A DNA stretch of 64,000 nucleotides from Patescibacteria group bacterium (GTDB lineage: Bacteria; Patescibacteriota; Minisyncoccia; Phycocordibacterales; JAACPR01), in contig JAKLEX010000001.1 in the NCBI GenBank assembly GCA_022711495.1, positions 225,389-289,388 of the forward strand, given 5' to 3'. The notes under the pieces are model-generated. The model did not search any database and was not told the DNA's origin. It saw nothing but the letters and a program-made list of their open reading frames with translations. Position 1 is the stretch's first letter; each line of letters opens with the position of its first letter. A program made the position numbers and the translations under genes. Below are positions 1 through 9,109 of the stretch, one piece after another.

Positions 1-263
1 GGATTCCCCTGGACGGCGACCTTTTATCTTAATCCGGAAGCAATTGGCACGGATGATCGTTATTTCCGGGTTCTCTATACTCCGCAAGGACAGTAGAGAT
101 GATGATCGTCTTGATGGCCAACGGACTATTGCGGTCCGGCTTGAGCAAAACCCCATTCGCGTGAACAGCGGTGGGGTTTTTATTTTTTCGGTGTGGCAAC
201 AAAATATTCTCCAGTCGTATCAAGGGGTATTGACAATTATTGAAAGTAAGAGTATAATCGTCA

Positions 264-1673
264 GTGATAGTAAGTAACAATAATATGACAAGAGCAAATC
301 CATTAACAAGCCAAAAAACAAGCAAATACGCAGTTATTTTGTTGATCACCATCTTTGCTATGGGAATTTTGATTTCATCTCCGGCCAGAGCCGAAGCAGC
401 GCTGGACGTTTCTTGTTCGCCGGATATTTCTGCCATTTATGACGGCGAATCAGTTTCTTGGTCCGCTGATGTCAGTGGCGGTGACGGCAATTATACTTAT
501 GAATGGTCGGATGATCAGGGCAATTCATCTTCTGATGAAAATTTTGATCAATCTTACAATGCCGGTTCTGGCAACGAGACAATTTCCGTGATAGCGGAAG
601 TAACTGTTACCGACGGACTAGGTGACACCGGATCTTCTCAGTGTGAAGTTATCGTGATCGGCGAATTAACTTTCAACGGCTGTGAAGCCAATGAAGTTTC
701 TGGCGAAACCGGTGTACCGATAAAATGGACAGCCGATGTCGTCGGTGGTTTGACGCCGTACACTCTTTCTTGGTCGGGTGATGACGATTTATCTGGTGAC
801 TCAACTAGAATTTCAAAAAATTATTCAACTCCTGGTACAAAATCCGCTTTTGTAGACGCCGTTTCATCAGATGACGGCCAGATTGTCGTTGGGCCGTTTG
901 ATTGCGGTTCAGTTGAAATTTATCCAACCCCGGGCGAATTTATTGTCTCATGCCGAGCGGAACCGGATAATCCAAAGCAGTTTGCTTCTGTGACATGGGT
1001 GGCCGACGTTTCTGGCGGTCTTGAACCTTATACTTTTTCTTGGGACGGAGACAATAATTTATCAGGAGACGGGGAGACCGTCGTTACTTCTTACACTGAA
1101 GTCGGTGTAAAAAATGCCACGTTAAATGTGATTTCAAGCGATGGTCAGATGGCCACAGGAGTCAGTTGTAGCCTTGAAGTTGAAGAAAGAACCGGCGGTG
1201 GCGGTCACAGCGGAAATGACGATGACGGCGGTGATTCATCTTCTACTTCTACGACGACAGATTCTACTTCCACAACGACAGATTCAACTTCTACGTCAAC
1301 CGAGCCGACCTCCACGACGACCGAATCTACTTCCACGACTACTTCAGAAGAGCCTGGCGAAGAAGGTTCTGGTGGCGGAGAGATAATTTTAAGTTTTGCT
1401 ACACCGGGGACTGAAGCCTCAAGCAATCTAACTGCTACTGGCACGCAAGATGGCACTGACTCTCAAGGAACAACTACAGACGCTACGTCAACAGCCACGA
1501 CAAGCCCAGAGCAACTCGCGTCCGGATTAACCGCGGCGGCTTTTGCGGCATTTGTCGGAGACAACTTACTGTGGTTTGGATTTCCAATTCTTCTTTTAAT
1601 CATTCTGGCCATCATCTTTATTGCTATAGTTTTAAAACGAAGATCAAAGGTGTATAATACAACCGAACACTAA
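264..1673 (+). CDS. Secreted/cell-surface protein with three PKD/Ig-like repeats, Thr/Ser-rich stalk and C-terminal TM anchor
   Basis: N-terminal signal peptide (ILLITIFAMGILISSPARA). Three ~100-aa internal repeats with motif W-[ST]-A-D-V-x-G-G-x-x-P-Y-T-[YLF]-x-W-[SD]-x-D. (TSTTTDS)n linker. Hydrophobic C-terminal helix followed by KRRSK. Confidence 0.6.
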   Translation: MIVSNNNMTRANPLTSQKTSKYAVILLITIFAMGILISSPARAEAALDVSCSPDISAIYDGESVSWSADVSGGDGNYTYEWSDDQGNSSSDENFDQSYNAGSGNETISVIAEVTVTDGLGDTGSSQCEVIVIGELTFNGCEANEVSGETGVPIKWTADVVGGLTPYTLSWSGDDDLSGDSTRISKNYSTPGTKSAFVDAVSSDDGQIVVGPFDCGSVEIYPTPGEFIVSCRAEPDNPKQFASVTWVADVSGGLEPYTFSWDGDNNLSGDGETVVTSYTEVGVKNATLNVISSDGQMATGVSCSLEVEERTGGGGHSGNDDDGGDSSSTSTTTDSTSTTTDSTSTSTEPTSTTTESTSTTTSEEPGEEGSGGGEIILSFATPGTEASSNLTATGTQDGTDSQGTTTDATSTATTSPEQLASGLTAAAFAAFVGDNLLWFGFPILLLIILAIIFIAIVLKRRSKVYNTTEH

Positions 1674-1715
1674 AGGCCGGGGGAACCTTTACTAGCTTTA
1701 ACTTAATATTGTCTT

Positions 1716-2816
1716 ATGAAAACAAAAACAATATTTTTTTTGGCGTTACTGATTATTGTCGCTCTGAGTTTCATCATCCTGGGCGGTCGATCTCTTATGG
1801 AAAACGGGGGAATTGATTTTAGTCTAAATGACGGATCAAAATATGCTCCACAAATTAATCCGGATGATTTTACAACCAATGTCACTAACCAACATTTCAC
1901 GTTAGTCCCGGGCAAGAAAACGGTTTATGAATCTCAAACGGAAGACGGACTTGAGAGGATTGAAACATACGTGACAAGTGAAACAAAAGTTGTCGCGGGT
2001 GTTGATACGGTCGTCGTTTGGGACAGGGTTTGGCTTGAAGGAGATTTGATTGAAGATACAAAAGACTGGTACGCTCAAGATAAAGACGGAAACGTCTGGT
2101 ACTTCGGTGAAGAATCTTATGAGTTGATTGATGGAAAGATTATCAGCAATCACGGTTCTTGGGAGTCTGGAAATGACGGTGCGCAACCGGGAATAATTAT
2201 GTTTGCTGATCCGAGAGTTGGTGTTACGTACAGGGAAGAATATTATGCCGGAGAAGCGGAAGATATGGCCGAAGTCTTGTCCTTAAATGAGAAAGTGGAT
2301 GTGCCGTATGGATCTTTTGAGAATTGTTTACAAACAAAAAATTTTAGTCCTTTGGAACCAGACGTGATGGAGTACAAATATTATTGTATCGGACCAAATA
2401 GCGTTGTGTTGGAGATTGACGGCGAAGATCAAGAAAGAGTAGAACTCATTTCGGTTGAATTCAATTCCACACCTTCTCCCAACGACTTGAGCGAGAATGG
2501 GTCTGATTCAAACACCGCCGATGAGCCGACTGGCACACCCCTTTCTGGCGGAGAAGACGCGATGAGCGATGGAAATCAGACTGATTCCTCGTCAGGATCT
2601 CCAGCCGAAGACAGAGAAATGCTACAAACGCAAATTACTGAAGATCAGGCAAAGACCATTGCCCTTAATTCTGTTTCGGGGACAGTTACAGATGTCGCTA
2701 TTGAGAAAAAATTCGGCAAACCGACTTATGTGGTAGAAATCCGCACGGCTGATGGGGAAGAAATTGACGTGATTATAGATATTGATACCGGAGAAGTCTT
2801 GGCTGTGGAAGACTAA
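1716..2816 (+). CDS. Secreted protein with C-terminal PepSY domain
   Basis: Signal peptide. C-terminal approx 60 aa (AKTIALNSVSGTVTDVAIEKKFGKPTYVVEIRTADGEEIDVIIDIDTGEVLAVED) fits the PepSY fold pattern. Confidence 0.55.
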   Translation: MKTKTIFFLALLIIVALSFIILGGRSLMENGGIDFSLNDGSKYAPQINPDDFTTNVTNQHFTLVPGKKTVYESQTEDGLERIETYVTSETKVVAGVDTVVVWDRVWLEGDLIEDTKDWYAQDKDGNVWYFGEESYELIDGKIISNHGSWESGNDGAQPGIIMFADPRVGVTYREEYYAGEAEDMAEVLSLNEKVDVPYGSFENCLQTKNFSPLEPDVMEYKYYCIGPNSVVLEIDGEDQERVELISVEFNSTPSPNDLSENGSDSNTADEPTGTPLSGGEDAMSDGNQTDSSSGSPAEDREMLQTQITEDQAKTIALNSVSGTVTDVAIEKKFGKPTYVVEIRTADGEEIDVIIDIDTGEVLAVED

Positions 2817-2845
2817 GGGTTTTTGGTGAGAACCTCTTCCGGCTC

Positions 2846-2874
2846 TTGACAGACGGTGTAGTTTTTGTTAAAAT
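2846..2874 (+). promoter_or_regulatory. Sigma70-like promoter TTGACA-N17-TAAAAT upstream of 2946 gene
   Basis: TTGACA 2846-2851, 17-nt spacer, TAAAAT 2869-2874. AAAGGAG Shine-Dalgarno site sits before the ATG at 2946. Confidence 0.4.
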
Positions 2875-2945
2875 TCTCAGCAGAAAAGGTTAAGACTTCT
2901 TGAGCAACAAGCTCTGTCTGACCGAAAAAACAAAAGGAGAAAGAC

Positions 2946-3914
2946 ATGAAGAGTTCTTTGATAGCGATTGTGGTCGCCAGTGTTTTGTTGGCGATTGTGG
3001 TGACGCCCAAGGCATCGGCGGGCGGACTGATCCCGATGTTTGATTACGGCTACATGCAGGCCCAGGTGAGTGGTTACACTCACCTGTACTACCTGCCGGA
3101 GTCGGCGATGTGCCCGCGTCCGGACAAGGTCGGGATTCCCGATGACGAGTCCGATTTTCAGTGGGGCTTGTGCCGGCTGAAGATTGATGCGAGCATGCCG
3201 GACTCACCGTTCGGCGGGTTCTACGAGTTTGAACTCGTGGACATCGACGATTCTGGAGCCAACTGGCTTCGGCGTGCCGAGCTCACATACAAAGTCAATG
3301 ATGCCTGGCTGGTTCGTGCCGGCCGATTGTTTATGGCATCGAGCTATGCGACTCCTTCGGCGGCGAGTGTGGAAACGGTTCGCTCTCCGCGGATGTCGTC
3401 CCCGCTCTACGCCTACGGCGTTCAAGCGGCCGGGGATCTCGGTTCGGGCGTGAGCATTCTGTCCGACATTACCGGGAATTCCGGCGTGTCGTTCGACAGT
3501 GACGACAACTGGAATCGCGTTGAATCTTCGACGCGAATCCAGAAACAGATCTCCGAAGATTTGTTCGTCGCCGGCACAGCTCACTTGTCCGAAGACTTCG
3601 GTAGAGCCGTTCTGGACGGTGGGTGGCGTCTGGGGTCCGTATGCCTTCGCGTGGCGGGCTATACCAAGTACGAATCTGTCGACGGGCGGGCCGAAAACAA
3701 GCGGGGTTTCTACCAATACGTTGGGTATGAAATTCTGCCCGGTCTCGAAGTTCACGGCCAGTACGATCACCAAGTTGGCGACGACGACATCTGGACGATC
3801 GGTTCCCGAATCTGGGCGCCGAAAGTCCCGGTCGAGCTGACCGTTGACTACGAATTCGTTCCGGATGCGGACGGCGACAATCGCGTCGTTGCCCGCCTCG
3901 AGGGGCGGTTCTAA
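2946..3914 (+). CDS. Secreted hypothetical protein in GC-rich island (possible beta-rich/outer-membrane-like protein, C-terminal Phe)
   Basis: Longest ORF in a ~58% GC segment. Signal peptide (LLAIVVTPKASA). Good Shine-Dalgarno site. Ends ...ARLEGRF. Confidence 0.5.
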   Translation: MKSSLIAIVVASVLLAIVVTPKASAGGLIPMFDYGYMQAQVSGYTHLYYLPESAMCPRPDKVGIPDDESDFQWGLCRLKIDASMPDSPFGGFYEFELVDIDDSGANWLRRAELTYKVNDAWLVRAGRLFMASSYATPSAASVETVRSPRMSSPLYAYGVQAAGDLGSGVSILSDITGNSGVSFDSDDNWNRVESSTRIQKQISEDLFVAGTAHLSEDFGRAVLDGGWRLGSVCLRVAGYTKYESVDGRAENKRGFYQYVGYEILPGLEVHGQYDHQVGDDDIWTIGSRIWAPKVPVELTVDYEFVPDADGDNRVVARLEGRF

Positions 3915-3941
3915 GTTCTAAGTCGGTTAACCACAAACAGG

Positions 3942-3980
3942 GCGCATCAGCAATGATGCGCTCTTTCTTTTTGTTTTTTG
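3942..3980 (+). terminator. Rho-independent terminator
   Basis: GCGCATCA-gcaa-TGATGCGC hairpin followed by a T-run. Confidence 0.55.
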
Positions 3981-3998
3981 ATAAATTCAAATCCGTTC

Positions 3999-4027
3999 TT
4001 GACTCAAACCCTATAACATGTTATACT
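3999..4027 (+). promoter_or_regulatory. Sigma70-like promoter TTGACT-N17-TATACT upstream of 4122 gene
   Basis: TTGACT 3999-4004, 17-nt spacer, TATACT 4022-4027. A ~95-nt leader with two hairpins and a GGAAAGGAAGG Shine-Dalgarno site precedes GTG 4122. Confidence 0.4.
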
Positions 4028-4121
4028 CCACACTAGAGTAGTTGAGCCAACATCGGCTCAAAATTCAGGAGGTCGGTTAATTCCCGCCCACAGAGGCGGA
4101 TAACGGAAAGGAAGGTTCGTT

Positions 4122-5138
4122 GTGAAGAGAACAAAGGTAGTGAAATTGGGTGTCCACAGCTCGCCCCATCTGGACGAATTGGTGGCGGTCCATCTGCTTC
4201 GGAACTACGGGGAAGAGAAAATCCCCGGAGTTTCGACGGCAGTCCTGACTACATACGGCAAGACTGAGCTTCAGCAATTGTCGCCGGAAACAGCGGCAAT
4301 GCAGGGCATTCTTCTTGTCGGCATAGGCGGTGGAATGTTCGACGAGCACGGCCGACGCGGTTCGCGCCAGGATTGCGCGGCGACACTGGTCGCCAAGCAC
4401 CTGGGTCTGGACGAGGATCTGTTATGGCCGCGCTTTCTCCGGAACGTGTTCCTGGCGGACGCGGAAAACCGTGGTCCGTACACGTTCGTAGCGGAGCTCG
4501 TCAAAAAGCTCAACCGCTACTGGGTGGGCACCCTCGATCCGGAATTGCTGTATAAGCAAGTCGAACCGATCATTATCGCGCTTCGAGTTGAAGTTGAGCT
4601 TCTGGCTGAAGCCGAGCATCGTTTCCGCAAGGCCTACAAGCGGGAGATCAACGGCTACCAACTGGTGGCGGTGGACCAACTGGACAACGTCGAATTCCAG
4701 CACGTCGCAAACCGTGCCGGGGTCAACGTCGTCGTTCAGCGGGGGCGCGACGGGCTGACTCAGATTCTGATGAGGCACGCCTCGTCAGATGAACTGGACG
4801 TGCCCGGTCTGGCCGTTCGTATCCGCAAGGCGGAAATGGCCAAGTCCGGAATTCGCCCGAAGCGGTTTCTGGACGATCGCGCGCTGTCGGCGATGGGAAC
4901 TCTTTCCGATATACCCCAGTGGTATGTTGAGAAGGGGAACCTGTTAAACGGATCGGAATCTTTCCGGGACGTTCCGCCTTCGGGCATTTCGTTTGCCGAC
5001 CTGGTACATGTCGTTGAGAAGCACCTGCGCGAATTGGACGATGAGTCTGATCCGCGCGATTCGGCGGAAAAGTCGGGTAAATCGATTTGCGAAAGAGAAC
5101 CGGCCCCGACCGAAGAACTACCGGTGGATGGCGACTGA
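4122..5138 (+). CDS. Hypothetical protein, possible metal-dependent hydrolase (H-x3-H-x-D-E motif reminiscent of MYG1/UPF0160)
   Basis: GTG start with Shine-Dalgarno site. N-terminal VHSSPHLDELVAVHLL motif. GC-rich. Longest ORF among overlapping alternatives. Confidence 0.45.
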   Translation: MKRTKVVKLGVHSSPHLDELVAVHLLRNYGEEKIPGVSTAVLTTYGKTELQQLSPETAAMQGILLVGIGGGMFDEHGRRGSRQDCAATLVAKHLGLDEDLLWPRFLRNVFLADAENRGPYTFVAELVKKLNRYWVGTLDPELLYKQVEPIIIALRVEVELLAEAEHRFRKAYKREINGYQLVAVDQLDNVEFQHVANRAGVNVVVQRGRDGLTQILMRHASSDELDVPGLAVRIRKAEMAKSGIRPKRFLDDRALSAMGTLSDIPQWYVEKGNLLNGSESFRDVPPSGISFADLVHVVEKHLRELDDESDPRDSAEKSGKSICEREPAPTEELPVDGD

Positions 5139-5188
5139 ATTATATTCGCACCCTGACTGGCCAAAAATCAGTCAGTGAACTCACAAGG

Positions 5189-5225
5189 GGTCGAGAAAGC
5201 AAAACTTTCTCGGCCTCTTTTTTAT
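5189..5225 (+). terminator. Rho-independent terminator (plus strand)
   Basis: CGAGAAAG-caaaa-CTTTCTCG hairpin followed by a T-run. Confidence 0.5.
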
Positions 5226-5250
5226 TTACCGACAAAATATTTTCTAAAAA

Positions 5251-5295
5251 ATAAAAATCGGCGAGAAAGTGATTAAACCTTCTCGCCGATTCCGG
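5251..5295 (-). terminator. Rho-independent terminator (minus strand) for lipoprotein gene
   Basis: Reverse strand ATCGGCGAGAA...TTCTCGCCGAT hairpin followed by a U-run. Convergent with the previous terminator. Confidence 0.5.
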
Positions 5296-5311
5296 TTGCG
5301 ACCGGCAACGA

Positions 5312-5674
5312 TCAGCGTACCTCTACCCAATCGTCGTATATGTTGACGTGGTAGTTGTACAGATCGTCGTCGAATTCGGCGTGGAACTGTCTCGGTCCGC
5401 TCGGTCCCCAGATTACAAAACTCATCCTGAACTTCTCGCCCGGGTAGAGAGCTTTGGAATAGTAGCCGTCTTCGCCGGGCTCCAGGGATTCAACGAACGC
5501 GTTGCCCAGATAGACGTCCACTGCGTACTGAGTGTACGAGTACACGTCAACGCTTACGTATGTCTCGTAATCACCCTCGTAACGGTCCTCGCACCCGACC
5601 GTTCCACAGATCACAATCGCCATCACGCCGATTCCGACCAACACCGGCAAAAACTTCTGCAAAAGAGCCTTCAT
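5312..5674 (-). CDS. Putative lipoprotein (GC-rich island)
   Basis: Signal peptide with lipobox-like VICGTVGC. GC-rich codon usage. Terminator downstream. Confidence 0.5.
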   Translation of the reverse strand: MKALLQKFLPVLVGIGVMAIVICGTVGCEDRYEGDYETYVSVDVYSYTQYAVDVYLGNAFVESLEPGEDGYYSKALYPGEKFRMSFVIWGPSGPRQFHAEFDDDLYNYHVNIYDDWVEVR

Positions 5675-5794
5675 TGCGCACTCCCTTCTTGTTTTTTGCG
5701 CTACCTCTGTCTAGCACTATTATATCTTAATTATAGTAAAAGTCAACCACATTATATCCCCATACATTATTAGGACTTATGTTATAATTCAGAC

Positions 5795-5965
5795 ATGGAT
5801 ACAAACCCAAAAGACAATATTAATAAGATTTTAAACACCATTCCGATTGTTATCGGAGTGGTCGTGGCTGTCGTAGCTCTTCTTGGCATCGGAAGTATTC
5901 AAGTAATCTTGGCGATGCTGGGAATCGGCTTGTTTAGCACCGCGCTTGGAGAGTTGGTCAGCTAG
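5795..5965 (+). CDS. Small (56 aa) membrane protein, hypothetical
   Basis: ATG at 5795. Single long hydrophobic segment (IPIVIGVVVAVVALLGIGSIQVILAMLGIGLF). Not in the ORF track because it is under 60 aa. Confidence 0.3.
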   Translation: MDTNPKDNINKILNTIPIVIGVVVAVVALLGIGSIQVILAMLGIGLFSTALGELVS

Positions 5966-6051
5966 TCTTATTTACTACTTGAATAATTTCCAAGGACTCT
6001 TTATTTTGAGAGATTTTTTATGTAGCAGAAAGTATTTTTGGTAATTTCTGT

Positions 6052-6057
6052 TATAAT
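6052..6057 (+). promoter_or_regulatory. Extended -10 (TGtTATAAT) 10 nt upstream of lysS ATG (leaderless-type)
   Basis: TGTTATAAT at 6049-6057, ATG at 6067, no Shine-Dalgarno site. Confidence 0.4.
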
Positions 6058-6066
6058 CTATTTATC

Positions 6067-7587
6067 ATGAAAAAAGCAGAAAATTCAGCGCCTAACCGTC
6101 CCGCATCTGGTTCTCCAAAGGCAAGAGACGAGCGTCAAGATCGTCTAAAAAGACTTGAACTAATAAAATCCCTCGGTCTTGTTCCTTACGCTGATCGATT
6201 TGAGAAAACGCATTCAATCGCTCAAACCCGCGAAGCTAAAATGGGCGCCAAAGTCGCCACGGCCGGCCGAATTGTGTTGTTCCGCGACATGGGCAAAGTT
6301 TCTTTCGCTCATTTGCTTGATTTTTCCGGAAAAGTTCAAATCGTTCTAAAAATTGACGAGCTGGGCCAAGAAAATTATAAAAATTTCATTAAGATAATCA
6401 GCCTCGGCGACTTTATTGGTGTTCGGGGCGAGATGTTTAAAACCCAAAAAGGCGAAATTTCCATATTAGTCAAAGAATATGCTTTTTTGAGTAAAGCCTT
6501 GCGGCCTCTGCCGGAGAAATGGCACGGTTTGAAAGATCTTGAGACAAAATACCGCAAACGATATTTGGATTTGATCGCTAATTCGGATACGATGGCGCGA
6601 TTCAATTTCCGCAGTAATTTTATTTGGGAATTAAGAAAGTTTTATCAAGAAAACGGTTTTCTTGAGATTGATACGCCGGTTCTGTCTGGTTCGGCTTCTG
6701 GCGCTTTGGCTAAGCCATTTCAGACTCATTACAACGCTTTGGATCTGGACGTTTACTTACGTATTGCTCCGGAAATTCATTTGAAAGAAGCCGTCGCCGG
6801 GGGCTTTGAAAAGATTTTTGAAGTTGCTCGGGTTTTCCGCAACGAAGGCATGGATGCCAGTCACTTGCAGGAATTTTCAATGGTTGAGCATTACGCGGCT
6901 TATTGGAATTTTGAGGACAACATGAATTTCACCGAAAAGATGCTGACGACGTTGATTAAAAAATTAAAAGGCAGTTTGAAAATCAAAGTTCTAAATCGCG
7001 ACGACCAGCTGATTGAAGTGGATTTTTCTCTGCCTTGGCGTCGAGTCTCTTTTAGAGATTTACTGATGAAAGATTGCGGAATTGATGTTGATAAATGCTC
7101 TGACGCTAAAAGTTTGCGCGAAGCTATAAAGAAAAAGAAAATCGCCATTGAAGATATGGATAAGTTAGGACACGGAAACTTGATGGACGCTTTATATAAG
7201 AAGATTTCTCGTCCGAAGATTATCAATCCGACTTTCTTGATAAATCATCCGACCGATTTATCGCCTTTAGCGCGAAAAAATGACAAAAATCCGCTGGTTA
7301 CTGACCGTTTTCAATTGATTGTCAACGGCTGGGAAATTGTTAACGCTTACAGCGAATTAATTGATCCGATTGATCAGAGAGAAAGATTTGAAAAACAAAC
7401 CGTCGCCAAGAAAGCCGGCGATGAAGAGGCCATGCAGAAGGATGATGAATTTGTTGAAGCAATGGAATATGGCATGCCGCCAGTGTCGGGCTGGGGGATG
7501 GGCATAGAAAGAATCGTGGCTCTTCTGACGGAACAGCCAAATCTGCGCGACGTGGTGATGTTTCCTTTGTTGAAACCGAAAGAGTGA
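6067..7587 (+). CDS. lysS: Lysyl-tRNA synthetase, class II
   Basis: Class II motifs. C-terminal GMPPVSGWGMGIERIVALL...FPLLKP. 506 aa. Confidence 0.95.
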   Translation: MKKAENSAPNRPASGSPKARDERQDRLKRLELIKSLGLVPYADRFEKTHSIAQTREAKMGAKVATAGRIVLFRDMGKVSFAHLLDFSGKVQIVLKIDELGQENYKNFIKIISLGDFIGVRGEMFKTQKGEISILVKEYAFLSKALRPLPEKWHGLKDLETKYRKRYLDLIANSDTMARFNFRSNFIWELRKFYQENGFLEIDTPVLSGSASGALAKPFQTHYNALDLDVYLRIAPEIHLKEAVAGGFEKIFEVARVFRNEGMDASHLQEFSMVEHYAAYWNFEDNMNFTEKMLTTLIKKLKGSLKIKVLNRDDQLIEVDFSLPWRRVSFRDLLMKDCGIDVDKCSDAKSLREAIKKKKIAIEDMDKLGHGNLMDALYKKISRPKIINPTFLINHPTDLSPLARKNDKNPLVTDRFQLIVNGWEIVNAYSELIDPIDQRERFEKQTVAKKAGDEEAMQKDDEFVEAMEYGMPPVSGWGMGIERIVALLTEQPNLRDVVMFPLLKPKE

Positions 7588-7677
7588 ATCTGAAGTCGCT
7601 GGACTCTTAACGATACGGGGCCCGTGCTTTTGTGTTAAAATAATGGCAGTTGGAATTTATAAAGTTAATTTATTTCT

Positions 7678-9036
7678 ATGAACCGTTTTTATAAATTTGG
7701 CTTGATGTTCGTGTTGGCCGCGGCTCTGTTTTTTTCTGCCGCCAGATCAGTCCAAGCCTTGACAATGTGTAGTTTCACTCGAGATTTAACTGTTGGATCA
7801 AGTGGTGAAGATGTTCGCTGTCTGCAGCAATATCTGAATGCGGTTGGTTACACGATTGCTAACACGGGCGCTGGTTCGCTAGGCCAAGAGACAACTTATT
7901 TTGGAAATCTAACGGCACAAGCCGTGGCCAAATGGCAAGCAGGCAACGACATATCGCCGACGGCTGGATATTTTGGCACAATCTCTCGTGCCAGATACGC
8001 GGAGATTTTCCAAAGAGCGAATGATCCGGCCGGAGCCGACGCGCGGGCGGCTATAGCCGAGGCTTCTTCTTATATCGCTGAGGCACGTCGAGCCTTTAAT
8101 CAAGCGGATGGAGATGGGGCCGACCGAACAGAAGATATAATCAAGGCGACGTTTAGTGACTTATCTATTGCTTCCGATTTTTATCAAGATGGTGAATATA
8201 ACAAAGCCGAGGACTCTGCCTTAAGGGCTGTTAGAGGAGCCAAGTATGCTCTCGGGGCTTTAGATGACTCCAAAGATTATGAAGATAATAGGAGCGGGGC
8301 CAAAGAGGTTATTCAGAACACTGAAGACGCAATTAAAGACGCCGAAGATGCTATTGAAGATGCTGAAGAGGCCACAGATGAGTCTGAAGCAGACGATTAT
8401 GACATAGACGGGGCAAAAGATATTTTGGAAGAAGCCCAAGATCTATTGGAAGAATCTCAAGATCTATTAAACGAAGCCGAAGAAGCTTTTGACGATAGGG
8501 ATTATGATGAGGCGATTGACTCGGCCGAAGATGCACTAGCCTTAGCGACAGACGCTCAAGAAATTGCAGAAGATGCCGCAGATATTGCTGACGGGGATAT
8601 TGAATACGAAGACTATGATTCGGATTTTATGGTCCATGATAGTGATGATGACGACGAAAATGCCGTTGATCAAAACGACGAAGATGACGAAGATGATGAT
8701 GAGGACGACGATTCCGCCACGACAGACGATCAAATAACCGGACAGGCAACCTCAACAGTGGATACGTATAATAAAATAGTTCCAACACTGGTTCAAACTT
8801 ATGGCGGTAGTGGCGTGAGCCAAAGTAGCACCGCTAGTGAAAGCGGCACACAAAGTGGCATTGACGCGGGAAGTTCTAGTAATGACTCTGATGAGACAGA
8901 AGAAACTCCAGAGGAAGAGGCCGCTCAAATAAATGACTCCATAATTTATTCTGGTAATTCTGCCGGCGATTGGTATAACAACGGCATCCTTAATCCTGGG
9001 GGCTGTTCTGCGGGGGAATGTTCGTGGGGGACATAA
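7678..9036 (+). CDS. Secreted peptidoglycan-binding-domain protein with polyacidic repeat region (family member 1)
   Basis: Signal peptide. CSFTRDLTVGSSGEDVRCLQQYLNAVGY...YFG...AVAKWQ matches the PG_binding_1 pattern. Long D/E/A-rich repeats (FDDRDYDEAIDSAEDA etc.). Confidence 0.7.
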   Translation: MNRFYKFGLMFVLAAALFFSAARSVQALTMCSFTRDLTVGSSGEDVRCLQQYLNAVGYTIANTGAGSLGQETTYFGNLTAQAVAKWQAGNDISPTAGYFGTISRARYAEIFQRANDPAGADARAAIAEASSYIAEARRAFNQADGDGADRTEDIIKATFSDLSIASDFYQDGEYNKAEDSALRAVRGAKYALGALDDSKDYEDNRSGAKEVIQNTEDAIKDAEDAIEDAEEATDESEADDYDIDGAKDILEEAQDLLEESQDLLNEAEEAFDDRDYDEAIDSAEDALALATDAQEIAEDAADIADGDIEYEDYDSDFMVHDSDDDDENAVDQNDEDDEDDDEDDDSATTDDQITGQATSTVDTYNKIVPTLVQTYGGSGVSQSSTASESGTQSGIDAGSSSNDSDETEETPEEEAAQINDSIIYSGNSAGDWYNNGILNPGGCSAGECSWGT

Positions 9037-9109
9037 TTTTCTCTATTCTTATCTGCATGTTAAAATAATCATGCTTATCAGAAGCATTATTGGTTAATTT
9101 ATTTCAATT

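Noticed and set aside
29-436. 135-aa minus-strand ORF at the window start
   Set aside because: It overlaps the 5' end and signal peptide of the well-supported plus-strand repeat protein (264-1673). It has no Shine-Dalgarno site or promoter and its composition looks like an antisense artefact.
3204-5164. Several 100-190-aa minus-strand ORFs (3204-3773, 3469-3990, 4422-4778, 4760-5164) inside the GC-rich island
   Set aside because: High GC suppresses stop codons in all frames. The plus-strand ORFs are longer and have Shine-Dalgarno sites, a signal peptide or motif, and promoters and terminators in the right places.
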